Part shown: in pieces, positions 9,544-17,719 of the stretch
How positions within the stretch are numbered: position 1 is the first letter of the stretch
How the letters are laid out: every line of letters begins with the position of its first letter
From: Acidaminococcales bacterium
GTDB lineage: Bacteria; Bacillota; Negativicutes; Acidaminococcales; JAISLQ01
Assembly (NCBI GenBank): GCA_031552765.1
Contig: JAVBME010000005.1
Span: 9,328 to 73,327 of the forward strand
DNA length: 64,000 nt
Direction: 5' to 3'
The notes under the pieces: model-generated
Databases searched by the model: none
Told to the model about the DNA's origin: nothing
Seen by the model: the letters and a program-made list of their open reading frames with translations, nothing else
Program-made: the position numbers and the translations under genes

Positions 9544-9978
9544 ATGTATAAAAAAGTACTCGTTCCCATCGACGGCTCTCCTAATTCTTTAAAAGCGCTT
9601 GATTGTGCCAGCGCGCTGGTTGGTTATACAGGCGGCAAGATCGTATTGTTGCATGTAGTCAAGCAGATTAAAGAAACGCACATGTTTTCAGATCCTTTTA
9701 TGGTAGAAGGTATCAACAAAGGGCGTGAGGTTTTCGCCGAACGGCTGTTGGAGAAAATGAAAGAAAAATTGACTCCCGTCGCGCTGGCGAAAGGGGAATT
9801 CCTCAAAATACCAGGGCAGGTGCCGGCTGAGGTAATTGCCAATACCGCAAAACAAGAAGGCTGCGATGCGATAGTCATGGGCAGCCGTGGCCTCGGCGGC
9901 GCGGAATCCATGCTCTTGGGCAGTGTGAGCGCCGCAGTTTTGAATCTGACGGATCTGCCAGTACTGATTGTGAAATAA
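9544..9978 (+). CDS. Universal stress protein (UspA family), paralog 2
   Basis: Same 144-aa length as paralog 1 and roughly 70% identical to it by eye. Confidence 0.88.
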   Translation: MYKKVLVPIDGSPNSLKALDCASALVGYTGGKIVLLHVVKQIKETHMFSDPFMVEGINKGREVFAERLLEKMKEKLTPVALAKGEFLKIPGQVPAEVIANTAKQEGCDAIVMGSRGLGGAESMLLGSVSAAVLNLTDLPVLIVK

Positions 9979-9994
9979 TGCATTAAAAAAGTCT

Positions 9995-10030
9995 GTCTCC
10001 CGTTGCTGAAAGCAACGGGAGACACGTTTT
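9995..10030. terminator. Bidirectional terminator between convergent genes
   Basis: 12-bp stem GTCTCCCGTTGC / GCAACGGGAGAC, with an A-run upstream and a T-run downstream. Confidence 0.75.
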
Positions 10031-10032
10031 AT

Positions 10033-11394
10033 TTAAAAGACAATGTGCCGGCCGGCCTGGAGGTCGCCGGCCGTATTATGTTCTAATGCTAATTGGCCGT
10101 TTACGAATACAAAGCTTATTCCTTCCGGCTCCGCATCCGGAAGATTCTCAGGCAAGAAGCCCGCCCTGTCCTCTAGCGTTTTTATATCAAAAACCGCCAG
10201 ATCGGCAAAACAGCCGACGCGCAGCCGGCCCCGTTCTTTGAGCCCGAGTGTTTGCGCCGGCAGCAGAGTGGCTTTTCTGACTGCTTCCGGCAGGCTTAGA
10301 AGCTTTTTTTCCCGTACCATTTTCCTGAAATAGCGCGGAAAACTGCCGGCTATTTGTGGGTGCCCTTCGCCGGGCCTATAACGGCCGATATCTGTGGAGG
10401 GCATGCACCAGGGATGGGAAAGAGCGGTATATATTTCATCTTCTTTTCCTGTAAAAACAATAACGGACAGCCGCTCTTCGGGGATAAGATTTTCCCGCAG
10501 GCGGCGGTACAGTTCATGGTTCAGCCGCTGTCCTTTATAAGGGCCGGTGGCGATGAGTATATTGGAAGGGTCCCAACTGTTATCTTTCATATAGTCGGGA
10601 TCAAATAAGACCGCCCTGAGGCCTGTTGCCCACTGGGTATACATGCCGCTGTCGAGACGGACATCAAGGCCGTCTTTCCGGGCCTTGTCTATAGCGGACA
10701 GCCCTTCTGCCACCAGGCCGGCGCCATACTGGTAGACAAAGTGCGATATTTGTGTACGCACTCCCAGTTGCCTGGATATATTTATGACTTCGACCAAAGA
10801 ATACAGGTCGAGAGGTGTTTTCATCCGGGTGTCCACGGCTACCAGCCGGCCATAACGGGCGGCAATGGCGCTTAATGTATAGATTTCCTCGTCGGAAGTC
10901 AGGGGGGCGTAGGCCAGGCCTATAGACAGTCCGGCAGCGCCGTCGCTGAAGGCCTGTTCGACCAAGTATTGCATCTTTTTGAGTTCTTCTCTGGAAGTTT
11001 TTTGCAGCGGGCTGGTTATGCCAACCGCTTCCCGCAGGCTGGAGGTCATGCCCATAAGGACAGCCTGGTTTATAGCCAGCGGCTGTGTTTGCTGCCTTTG
11101 GAAAAATTCGGCCAAATTTATTGGGCTGTGGCCGCAGTTTCCGCCAACAGTGGTAGTGATCCCCTGTTTTAAAGAAAGAAGAGCGGCGCGGGCATCGCCG
11201 TCGACATGTCCGTGCATGTCTATAAAACCGGGGGAGAGAACCTGTCCGGCGGCATCGTATATTTCTGTGCCGGCTAGCGGCTGTGTGCTGATGGCGGCTA
11301 TTTTGTCGCCATTTATGGCTAAATGGCCGTTTTTTAAAGAAAGATCTTCGGGATCGGCCAATATACAATTAGCTATTACTTTGTCAAAAATCAT
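10033..11394 (-). CDS. Amidohydrolase family protein (N-acyl-D-amino-acid deacylase-like)
   Basis: Has the metal motif FIDMHGHVDGD and a length of about 450 aa. The start is preceded by GGAGA. Confidence 0.7.
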   Translation of the reverse strand: MIFDKVIANCILADPEDLSLKNGHLAINGDKIAAISTQPLAGTEIYDAAGQVLSPGFIDMHGHVDGDARAALLSLKQGITTTVGGNCGHSPINLAEFFQRQQTQPLAINQAVLMGMTSSLREAVGITSPLQKTSREELKKMQYLVEQAFSDGAAGLSIGLAYAPLTSDEEIYTLSAIAARYGRLVAVDTRMKTPLDLYSLVEVINISRQLGVRTQISHFVYQYGAGLVAEGLSAIDKARKDGLDVRLDSGMYTQWATGLRAVLFDPDYMKDNSWDPSNILIATGPYKGQRLNHELYRRLRENLIPEERLSVIVFTGKEDEIYTALSHPWCMPSTDIGRYRPGEGHPQIAGSFPRYFRKMVREKKLLSLPEAVRKATLLPAQTLGLKERGRLRVGCFADLAVFDIKTLEDRAGFLPENLPDAEPEGISFVFVNGQLALEHNTAGDLQAGRHIVF

Positions 11395-11533
11395 GAATAG
11401 TCTCCATTTTTCAGCAAGGGTGCTTATACGTAATAAACGATAGTTGTGTAAAGGTTTATTGTCAAGATAAATTTGTATACAAGCGGGTTTTTTATGATAA
11501 AATATATCTTAAGTACTTTTACGAGGTGTAAAG

Positions 11534-12025
11534 ATGAGTGCATATGAATTAAAAGCGGCTGCGCAATTTATTGATGGCAAATGCGACATGAGAAAAGTTT
11601 TCAAAGAAAACCCGGCGCTGGATTTGTTGGGCGTTACAGATATGTATATGAAAGAAAACGGCGAAGCGATAGTGGTATTGCCGCTGGAAAAAAAGCATAC
11701 CAATGTGCACGGTATAACGCATGGCGGCATATATGTCACTCTTTTGGATACTGCCATGGGCATAGCCTGTCATCAGACTACCCACGCTTCTTGTGTGACT
11801 TTGGGCATTACTACCTCCTTTATTGCCAACTGCCCGCCCGGGACCGAATGTACGACTGTAGGCAGGGTAGTGCATGCCGGCCGCCGGATAATGGTTTCGG
11901 AAGGCGAAGTTTTCGATAGTACTGGAAAACTTATGGCCAAAGGCCAGGGGACGTTTTTTGTTTTAGGAGAACATCCTAAAAACGGCATAAAATCACCGGA
12001 TGCGCCGCAGGGAAAACATGGCTAG
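11534..12025 (+). CDS. PaaI-family hotdog-fold thioesterase
   Basis: Has the motif NVHGITHGGIYVTLLDTAMG and a C-terminal GKLMAKGQGTF. Confidence 0.75.
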   Translation: MSAYELKAAAQFIDGKCDMRKVFKENPALDLLGVTDMYMKENGEAIVVLPLEKKHTNVHGITHGGIYVTLLDTAMGIACHQTTHASCVTLGITTSFIANCPPGTECTTVGRVVHAGRRIMVSEGEVFDSTGKLMAKGQGTFFVLGEHPKNGIKSPDAPQGKHG

Positions 12026-12194
12026 AAAACGGCGCGGTTTTAGCCGGGACGGCTGGCTGCTTTTGACGATAATCTCGGCGCTTTTGGTTGTCGGTATGCA
12101 AAGAGGTTTTAACTGGATAATAGGCGTATTGATAGTTTTATTTGCCGCGGGTTTTGTTATTGAAATTAGAAGCAAACAAAATGATGAAGAGTAA
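12018..12194 (+). CDS. Possible small membrane protein (58 aa)
   Basis: ATG 12018 overlaps the thioesterase stop. There are two hydrophobic stretches (WLLLTIISALLVVG, IIGVLIVLFAAGFVI). The SD is weak and I recognise no family. Confidence 0.3.
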   Translation: MARKRRGFSRDGWLLLTIISALLVVGMQRGFNWIIGVLIVLFAAGFVIEIRSKQNDEE

Positions 12195-12629
12195 CTGCCG
12201 ATAGAAAAAAACTTTCTCCAGCGCTATATTAAAAAAGTATACGGGTATTCCTGTCAAGGTTTCAACTTGTACAAGCTGTATAACTTGTGGGAAACCGATC
12301 CCTTAAAGGCATAGCGCACCTGGCTTTTTTGAAATAGTAAAGATCATGAAAAAATAAATATTCTTATCTGTATTGTATAAAAACCAAACATATGGTAATT
12401 TATTAATAGGGCTTGACTTAGGTGATAAAGTATACAGAATACAAACTCTGAGTTATGGCAGGCGGCAAAATGTAGATAGAGATTTTTTTGCAGCTTTTTT
12501 TGCCTGTTGTTATATGTGCGTATAGATAGAGAGATTACTGTACATATATCAAAGTTGTATTGCGGATAGCGGCATATCCGATAACTAGCCGCAAAAATAT
12601 TGTTATTTATTTTATGGGGGGATGTTGAC

Positions 12630-13079
12630 ATGGCAAAGAACAAAGAATTAAGCAATGTATTTGTCCAAATTATGGGCGACTATCAGGCATGTATGGCCAG
12701 GATACTGAAGAAATTCAATCTTTATGTTGGCCAGCCAGCAATACTTTTTTTGCTGCAAGAAAAAACTGACCGCACGCAGAACGAGCTGGCTAAAGAGCTT
12801 GGCGTGAGCAAGGCCACTATTGGCGTTTCGCTCAGGCGTATGGAAAATGCCGGACTGGTCAACAGGATAACCGATTTGCGCGATGCCCGCTGTATAAGGG
12901 TTAGCCTGACCGACAGCGGTATGGAAATGTGCGCCAAGTGCCGCAATGCTTTCCAGCAAGTGTATGATAATATGTTTGATACACTCTCAGGCCGTGAGCA
13001 AAAAGAAGCTGTAGAGCTTTTGCGTAAGCTGGCTACTGGTATTGCCAGCGCTAGAAAAAGCCTGGCCAAAAAAGCCTGA
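12630..13079 (+). CDS. MarR family transcriptional regulator
   Basis: Winged-helix core TQNELAKELGVSKATIGVSLRRMENAGLV. ATG 12630 follows GGGGGGA. Confidence 0.85.
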   Translation: MAKNKELSNVFVQIMGDYQACMARILKKFNLYVGQPAILFLLQEKTDRTQNELAKELGVSKATIGVSLRRMENAGLVNRITDLRDARCIRVSLTDSGMEMCAKCRNAFQQVYDNMFDTLSGREQKEAVELLRKLATGIASARKSLAKKA

Positions 13080-13104
13080 CTGTTGCGTAAGTAAACTGAA
13101 TTGT

Positions 13105-13134
13105 AAAACCGCCAGTTTTTGCTGGCGGTTTTTT
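13105..13134. terminator. Bidirectional terminator
   Basis: AAAACCGCCAG-TTTTTG-CTGGCGGTTTTTT between convergent genes. Confidence 0.75.
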
Positions 13135-13154
13135 ATTGTCAATACACAATGCCT

Positions 13155-13955
13155 TTATTGTTTAGGGATAAAACTTTCTTTGATTTTGTCATAATCTACT
13201 GCCTTATAAGATGGCTCTGTTTGTCCTGGCAGGCGTATAGCCGACGTAGGGCAAAAGGCGCTGCAATGTTGGCAGCTTTGGCAGCGGCCGGTTATACGGC
13301 GCAAACCGCCTGACAGTTCTTCTATGGCAGCGGCCGGGCAGATGCTCTGGCAAAAACCGCATTTGATACAATATTCTTCTACCACTTGCAGCGGGAAAAA
13401 CCTGCGAAATATGCCGGTTGACCAGTGATTGGCCGTCATCTTTTGCATGATACCAGGGACAAAAGAACTTTCTGCTGGCCAGCGGCTCTTGCCGGTCAGC
13501 AATTGCCCGGCAAATTTTTCCGCCGCGACCAGGGCTTCTTTAGTGATCGTTTCATTTTTGTGTGCCGCGGAGGATTGGTCTTTGCCATAATTTGAAGGCA
13601 TTTTTATTTCGGCGTAACCTATAGGCGAATAGCCTTTTTCTGCAAACAACCGCCTGATCGCTTGCGGCATACCGCCGGTAGCGCCTGCCATACTGGTAAG
13701 CATGAAGACCGGCTGCCCCTGCCCCTTCGGCAGGCCGGCAAAAAAGCTCAATAAAAAAGGATAGGTAGAAAAATAAGCTGTGGGAAAAGCAAAACCCAGC
13801 AAAGTACCTTTTTCGGGCAGGCTAAATGGCCCTGGCATGGGATAAAAAGAACTGCCCACATTGTTAGCGGAAAAAATGCGGGCCATTTCATTGGCTAACA
13901 GCCAGGTATTGCCGGAACCGGAAAAAATATAAAAATCTACTTTGCCATTATCCAT
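13155..13955 (-). CDS. Flavodoxin-like domain fused to 2x[4Fe-4S] ferredoxin domain (EFR1-family-like)
   Basis: N-terminal FYIFSGSGNT (flavodoxin-like). C-terminal CIKCGFCQSICP and CQSCQHCSAFCP clusters. GGGAGGAG SD lies 20 nt after the metF stop. Confidence 0.7.
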   Translation of the reverse strand: MDNGKVDFYIFSGSGNTWLLANEMARIFSANNVGSSFYPMPGPFSLPEKGTLLGFAFPTAYFSTYPFLLSFFAGLPKGQGQPVFMLTSMAGATGGMPQAIRRLFAEKGYSPIGYAEIKMPSNYGKDQSSAAHKNETITKEALVAAEKFAGQLLTGKSRWPAESSFVPGIMQKMTANHWSTGIFRRFFPLQVVEEYCIKCGFCQSICPAAAIEELSGGLRRITGRCQSCQHCSAFCPTSAIRLPGQTEPSYKAVDYDKIKESFIPKQ

Positions 13956-13975
13956 TACTGAGCTCCTCCCGCCTG

Positions 13976-14830
13976 TCAGCGCAGGCCGGTATTTTTGACC
14001 ATGAAAGTGGCAAGGTGAGGTTTATTCATAGTGTATAAATGTATGCCGCGCACACCGTTGGCGGCAAGGTCGTCTATTTGCCGGCAGGCGTATTCAAGGC
14101 CCGCTTCTTGCATAGCCGCGGGCTGGTGGTAGTATTTGTCGATAAGGCGCAAAAGCTTTGGCGGCAGACTGGCGCCGCACAGGCGGCAAATATGGCGGAC
14201 CTGGCTGCCGGAAAATACCGGCATTATTCCCGCGCATACCGGGATTTCGAGGCCGGCTCCGGCCAGGCGCTCCAGGAAATAGTAAAAAAAGTCATTGTCA
14301 AAAAATATCTGTGTGATGAGAAAGTCTGTGCCGGCTGTGATTTTCTCTTTTAAATATATGAGCTCCTGCCTGCGGTCGGGACATTCAGGATGCCCCTCCG
14401 GATAGGCGGCGCCGCCAACGCAAAAATCACCGGCCGCTTTTATTTGTAAAACAAGCTCTTTTGCGTGTGTCTGGCGTACAGGCAAGGAGCTGTCTTGCGG
14501 CGGGTCGCCTCGCAAGGCCAGAATGTTTTGTATGCCGCGCTCTTTCATTTCGGCTAAAATATCGGCAATCTCCTCCGGGGTATTGACTATGGAAGTAAGA
14601 TGAGCGAGAGATGCGATACATCCGTCGTTTTTTATATGCTCAGCTAGTTCCAGCGTGTGCCCGCGGTTAGAACCGGCAGCGCCGTAAGTGACGCTAATAA
14701 AATCCGGCTGTAAAGATTTAAGCTGCTGTACGGTATGCAAAATAGGCTCAAAAGGGGACTCTGGTTTAGGCGGAAAAATTTCGAAAGATACTACGGGGTT
14801 TTTCGCTGTAAAAAGTTTGCTTATTTTCAT
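13976..14830 (-). CDS. metF: 5,10-methylenetetrahydrofolate reductase
   Basis: VSFEIFPPK...FISVTYGAAGS...ALRGDPP...TQIFFD motifs. Confidence 0.9.
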   Translation of the reverse strand: MKISKLFTAKNPVVSFEIFPPKPESPFEPILHTVQQLKSLQPDFISVTYGAAGSNRGHTLELAEHIKNDGCIASLAHLTSIVNTPEEIADILAEMKERGIQNILALRGDPPQDSSLPVRQTHAKELVLQIKAAGDFCVGGAAYPEGHPECPDRRQELIYLKEKITAGTDFLITQIFFDNDFFYYFLERLAGAGLEIPVCAGIMPVFSGSQVRHICRLCGASLPPKLLRLIDKYYHQPAAMQEAGLEYACRQIDDLAANGVRGIHLYTMNKPHLATFMVKNTGLR

Positions 14831-14861
14831 GCATTTACCTCTGTTGATATGATATAAATAA

Positions 14862-14998
14862 AAAAGCCTGCTTTGGAGGCAGGTTTTTGGTCATGCCTCT
14901 CATCTTCCAGGTAAAACCTGTAGGATTTGGCACCGGTACCAGGCGGGTCCGGTTGCCGGGCGTCATTGGGCCTATCCCTCCGCCGCTCTTGATAAGAG
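14862..14998 (-). promoter_or_regulatory. SAM-I (S-box) riboswitch with terminator
   Basis: Minus strand reads CTCTTATCAAGAGCGGCGGAGGGATAGGCCCAATGACGCCCGGCAACC...GGTGCCAAATCCTACAGG...GGAAGATGAGAGG. This is followed by the antiterminator pair GAGGCA/TGCCTC and the hairpin CCTGC-N7-GCAGG plus CT6. Confidence 0.92.
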
Positions 14999-14999
14999 T

Positions 15000-15062
15000 T
15001 ATAGTCAAATAGCCTGGAAATAGACTACAAAGATGAGCCTGTTTCCAGGCTATTTGACTATA
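15000..15062. repeat. Perfect 21-bp inverted repeat with 21-nt spacer
   Basis: TATAGTCAAATAGCCTGGAAA (15000-15020) and TTTCCAGGCTATTTGACTATA (15042-15062). It abuts the 5' end of the SAM riboswitch. Confidence 0.85.
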
Positions 15063-15091
15063 CAGTATACAACTGTTCTTTATGTATGATA

Positions 15092-15120
15092 ATATTAGCT
15101 TATAAATCGCCAGGTGTCAA
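15092..15120 (-). promoter_or_regulatory. Candidate sigma-A promoter for the S-box-metF operon
   Basis: Minus strand has TTGACA (15120-15115), a 17-nt spacer, then TAATAT (15097-15092). Confidence 0.5.
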
Positions 15121-15144
15121 CATTATCTGAAAACGGAGCTTTTT

Positions 15145-15630
15145 ATGGGAAAAAATGTAATCATATATACTGATGGTTCTTGCCTGTCTAATCCCGGGCC
15201 AGGCGGCTATGCCGCCATATTGCGTTATGGCGGCGTTACGCGTGAGCTATGGGGCGGCGAGCCGGAAACTACCAACAACCGTATGGAACTCTTGGCAGCG
15301 ATAAAAGCGCTCGAACAGTTGAGCCGGCCTTGCGCGGTGGCGCTGTTTACCGACAGCCAATATGTAATGAAAGGTTTTACGGAAAAGTGGCTGCTCAACT
15401 GGAAAAAGAAAAACTGGAAAACAGCAGGCAACAAACCGGTGAAAAACCAGGAGTTGTGGCAAAAGCTCGATGAGCTGGTCTCTTTTCACACTGTGGAGTG
15501 GCAATATGTCAGGGGCCATCAGGGGCAGGCGGAAAATGAGCGTTGTGACCAACTGGCTAGGGCTGCGGCGGAAAAGATCCAACAGGGCGCGGCGGCTTTC
15601 TTTGACTGCGGGGAGTATCAAGGGAAATGA
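15145..15630 (+). CDS. rnhA: Ribonuclease HI
   Basis: [20 protein letters not shown]...[16 protein letters not shown]...TDSQYV...[14 protein letters not shown]. Confidence 0.92.
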   Translation: MGKNVIIYTDGSCLSNPGPGGYAAILRYGGVTRELWGGEPETTNNRMELLAAIKALEQLSRPCAVALFTDSQYVMKGFTEKWLLNWKKKNWKTAGNKPVKNQELWQKLDELVSFHTVEWQYVRGHQGQAENERCDQLARAAAEKIQQGAAAFFDCGEYQGK

Positions 15631-15678
15631 AATATGCCAGGGAAAGTTTTGCATCCCGTTATTTGACTATAAATCTTC

Positions 15679-15707
15679 TTGACAAAAAAAAATCTGGCAA
15701 TTATGAT
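15679..15707 (+). promoter_or_regulatory. Candidate sigma-A promoter of the trpB leader
   Basis: TTGACA (15679-15684), a 17-nt spacer, then TATGAT (15702-15707). Confidence 0.55.
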
Positions 15708-15734
15708 ATAAATAATATAATAAACAAAAGCTAG

Positions 15735-16070
15735 GAACGGGAATAGTAGTTTTGCCAGCTTCTTTTAAGCGAACCGGCGGCCAGCATAGCTGGAGGTGCG
15801 ATGGCCGGTAAGAAGAGCAAAGTGAATGGCCCCGGGAGCTGTCCGCCGAAAGCTTTGCCAGTAGGCCGGAACGGATGCCGCCGTTAACAGGCTAGGATAT
15901 CGGCAGTTTTGCTTGTATCTGAAGAAAGGGAATGTATTTTCCAAATAAGGGTGGCAACACGAATCACTTCGTCCCTGGGGGCTAAGTGGTTTTTTATTTG
16001 GTAAAAACATTCCAAACAAGGGTGGTACCACGAACTGTTTCGTCCCTGGCGGAGCAGTTCTTTTATTTTT
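15735..16070 (+). promoter_or_regulatory. T-box leader (Trp specifier UGG) with two tandem antiterminator/terminator modules
   Basis: Stem I at about 15755-15841, with AGCGAA at 15768 and GGUGCGA at 15795. GAA-UGG-C has UGG at 15827-15829; AGUA is at 15860. T-box 1 spans 15944-15976 and ends in a U-run at 15990-15995. T-box 2 spans 16014-16047, with a hairpin at 16032-16060 and a U-run to 16070. Confidence 0.85.
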
Positions 16071-16189
16071 GCGGGAGGCGGTAGAATGTTCGATAAAGCG
16101 GTCTATATCAAGCTCAGCCGCTGGCTTGTACGTTGGCCAAGTAAAAAGAGAAATGATTAATTTAATAAATAGAGAAAGAGGGATGAATA

Positions 16190-17377
16190 ATGAAACAGGT
16201 ACCTGACAAACAAGGATTTTTTGGCCAATATGGCGGCCAGTATGTCCCGGAGGTAATGTTGCCTATCTTAGAGAATATGGCGGTAGAATATGAAAAAATA
16301 AAGGACGATCCCGCTTTTAAGACGGAATTGGCGGATTTGCTGCAAAGTTACGTTGGCAGGCCCTCCCTTTTATATGAAGCAAAACGCTACAGCAAGGCAA
16401 TAGGCGGGCCCAAAGTATACCTAAAAAGAGAAGACCTCAACCATACCGGTTCGCATAAAATAGACAATTGCCTCGGACAGGCGCTTTTAGCCAGGCATAT
16501 GGGCAAGACTCATGTGATCGCGGAAACCGGCGCCGGTCAGCACGGCGTAGCGTCGGCCACGGTGGCGGCTTTATTTGGTATGAAGTGTACGATTTTTATG
16601 GGCAAGGAAGATGTGGAACGCCAGGCGCTCAATGTTTACCGTATGAAGATGCTGGGCGCGGAAGTGGTATCTGTAACAGACGGTACCGGTACTTTGAAAG
16701 AGGCCGTGGACGCTGCGATAGATTACTGGGTCGCCCATAAAGATGATATTTTTTATATCATCGGCTCGGCGGTCGGCCCACACCCCTATCCGACTATGGT
16801 GCGCGATTTTCAAAAGTGCATAGGTGAAGAAGCGCGCGCTCAGGTGCTGGAAAAAGAAGGGCGCTTGCCTGATGCCATTTTTGCCTGCATCGGCGGCGGC
16901 AGTAATGCTATAGGATTGTTCAACGCATTTTTAAATGATAAAGAAGTAGCTATTTATGGCGCTGAAGCCGGCGGTCGCGGCATCGATACCAAAGATCACG
17001 CCGCGACTTTGACTCTTGGGCAGGTAGGCGTGCTGCATGGTTCTAAAAGCTATATCCTGCAAGAGCCTAACGGCGATATTATGCCTGTTTACTCCATATC
17101 GGCCGGTCTTGATTACCCGGGCATCGGGCCGCAGCATTCTTATCTCAAAGATAGCGGGCGGGTAAATTACCAGCCGGTGACCGACGGTGAGGCGATAGAA
17201 TCTTTTAAACTCCTGTGCCATACGGAAGGGATAGTTCCGGCTTTGGAAAGCTCCCATGCTTTGGCGCTGTTTGAAAAGGTAGCAAAACAGTTCAAAAAAG
17301 AAGATATCGTTATCATTAACCTGTCTGGCCGTGGTGACAAGGATGTGCAGCAACTGGCCGAAATGCAGGGTTTGTAA
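16190..17377 (+). CDS. trpB: Tryptophan synthase beta chain (stand-alone)
   Basis: [10 protein letters not shown]...[14 protein letters not shown]...[10 protein letters not shown]...GGGSNAIG...[10 protein letters not shown] is AGAAAGAGGGA. Confidence 0.93.
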   Translation: MKQVPDKQGFFGQYGGQYVPEVMLPILENMAVEYEKIKDDPAFKTELADLLQSYVGRPSLLYEAKRYSKAIGGPKVYLKREDLNHTGSHKIDNCLGQALLARHMGKTHVIAETGAGQHGVASATVAALFGMKCTIFMGKEDVERQALNVYRMKMLGAEVVSVTDGTGTLKEAVDAAIDYWVAHKDDIFYIIGSAVGPHPYPTMVRDFQKCIGEEARAQVLEKEGRLPDAIFACIGGGSNAIGLFNAFLNDKEVAIYGAEAGGRGIDTKDHAATLTLGQVGVLHGSKSYILQEPNGDIMPVYSISAGLDYPGIGPQHSYLKDSGRVNYQPVTDGEAIESFKLLCHTEGIVPALESSHALALFEKVAKQFKKEDIVIINLSGRGDKDVQQLAEMQGL

Positions 17378-17392
17378 ATACGGGCCTAGATG

Positions 17393-17424
17393 AAAAAATC
17401 TGCCGCCGCCGCGGCAGATTTTTG
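17393..17424 (+). terminator. Rho-independent terminator
   Basis: TCTGCCGC-CGCC-GCGGCAGA followed by T5. Confidence 0.78.
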
Positions 17425-17719
17425 TTTGCTTTTGCAAAAACAAACAAAAAGTTTTTTACGTGTGAAGCTTTTTTCTTGATAATTTTGACAAAAAAACATG
17501 TAAATTAGATACACTAGCATAAGTTTTAAATATTCATTTCTGACAAATGGACGCAGAATTTTGGGTTTTTATTTATAATGCAAAAAGTATGGCTAGTATT
17601 TGTTAAAAAATTTGCTTGTTTATGTTATTATATTGATGTAAGTTTTTATAAAAGTGTAAAATGGCAATTTTCAATTAACCGCTTTTTGCCAAGGGTGACG
17701 GGGAGGAGTTATTGCTTTT

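Noticed and set aside
10664-11368. 234-aa Arg-rich ORF in an alternative frame of the amidohydrolase gene, same strand
   Set aside because: It lies fully inside the 453-aa amidohydrolase ORF. Its extreme Arg/Pro/Gly composition is typical of an off-frame reading.
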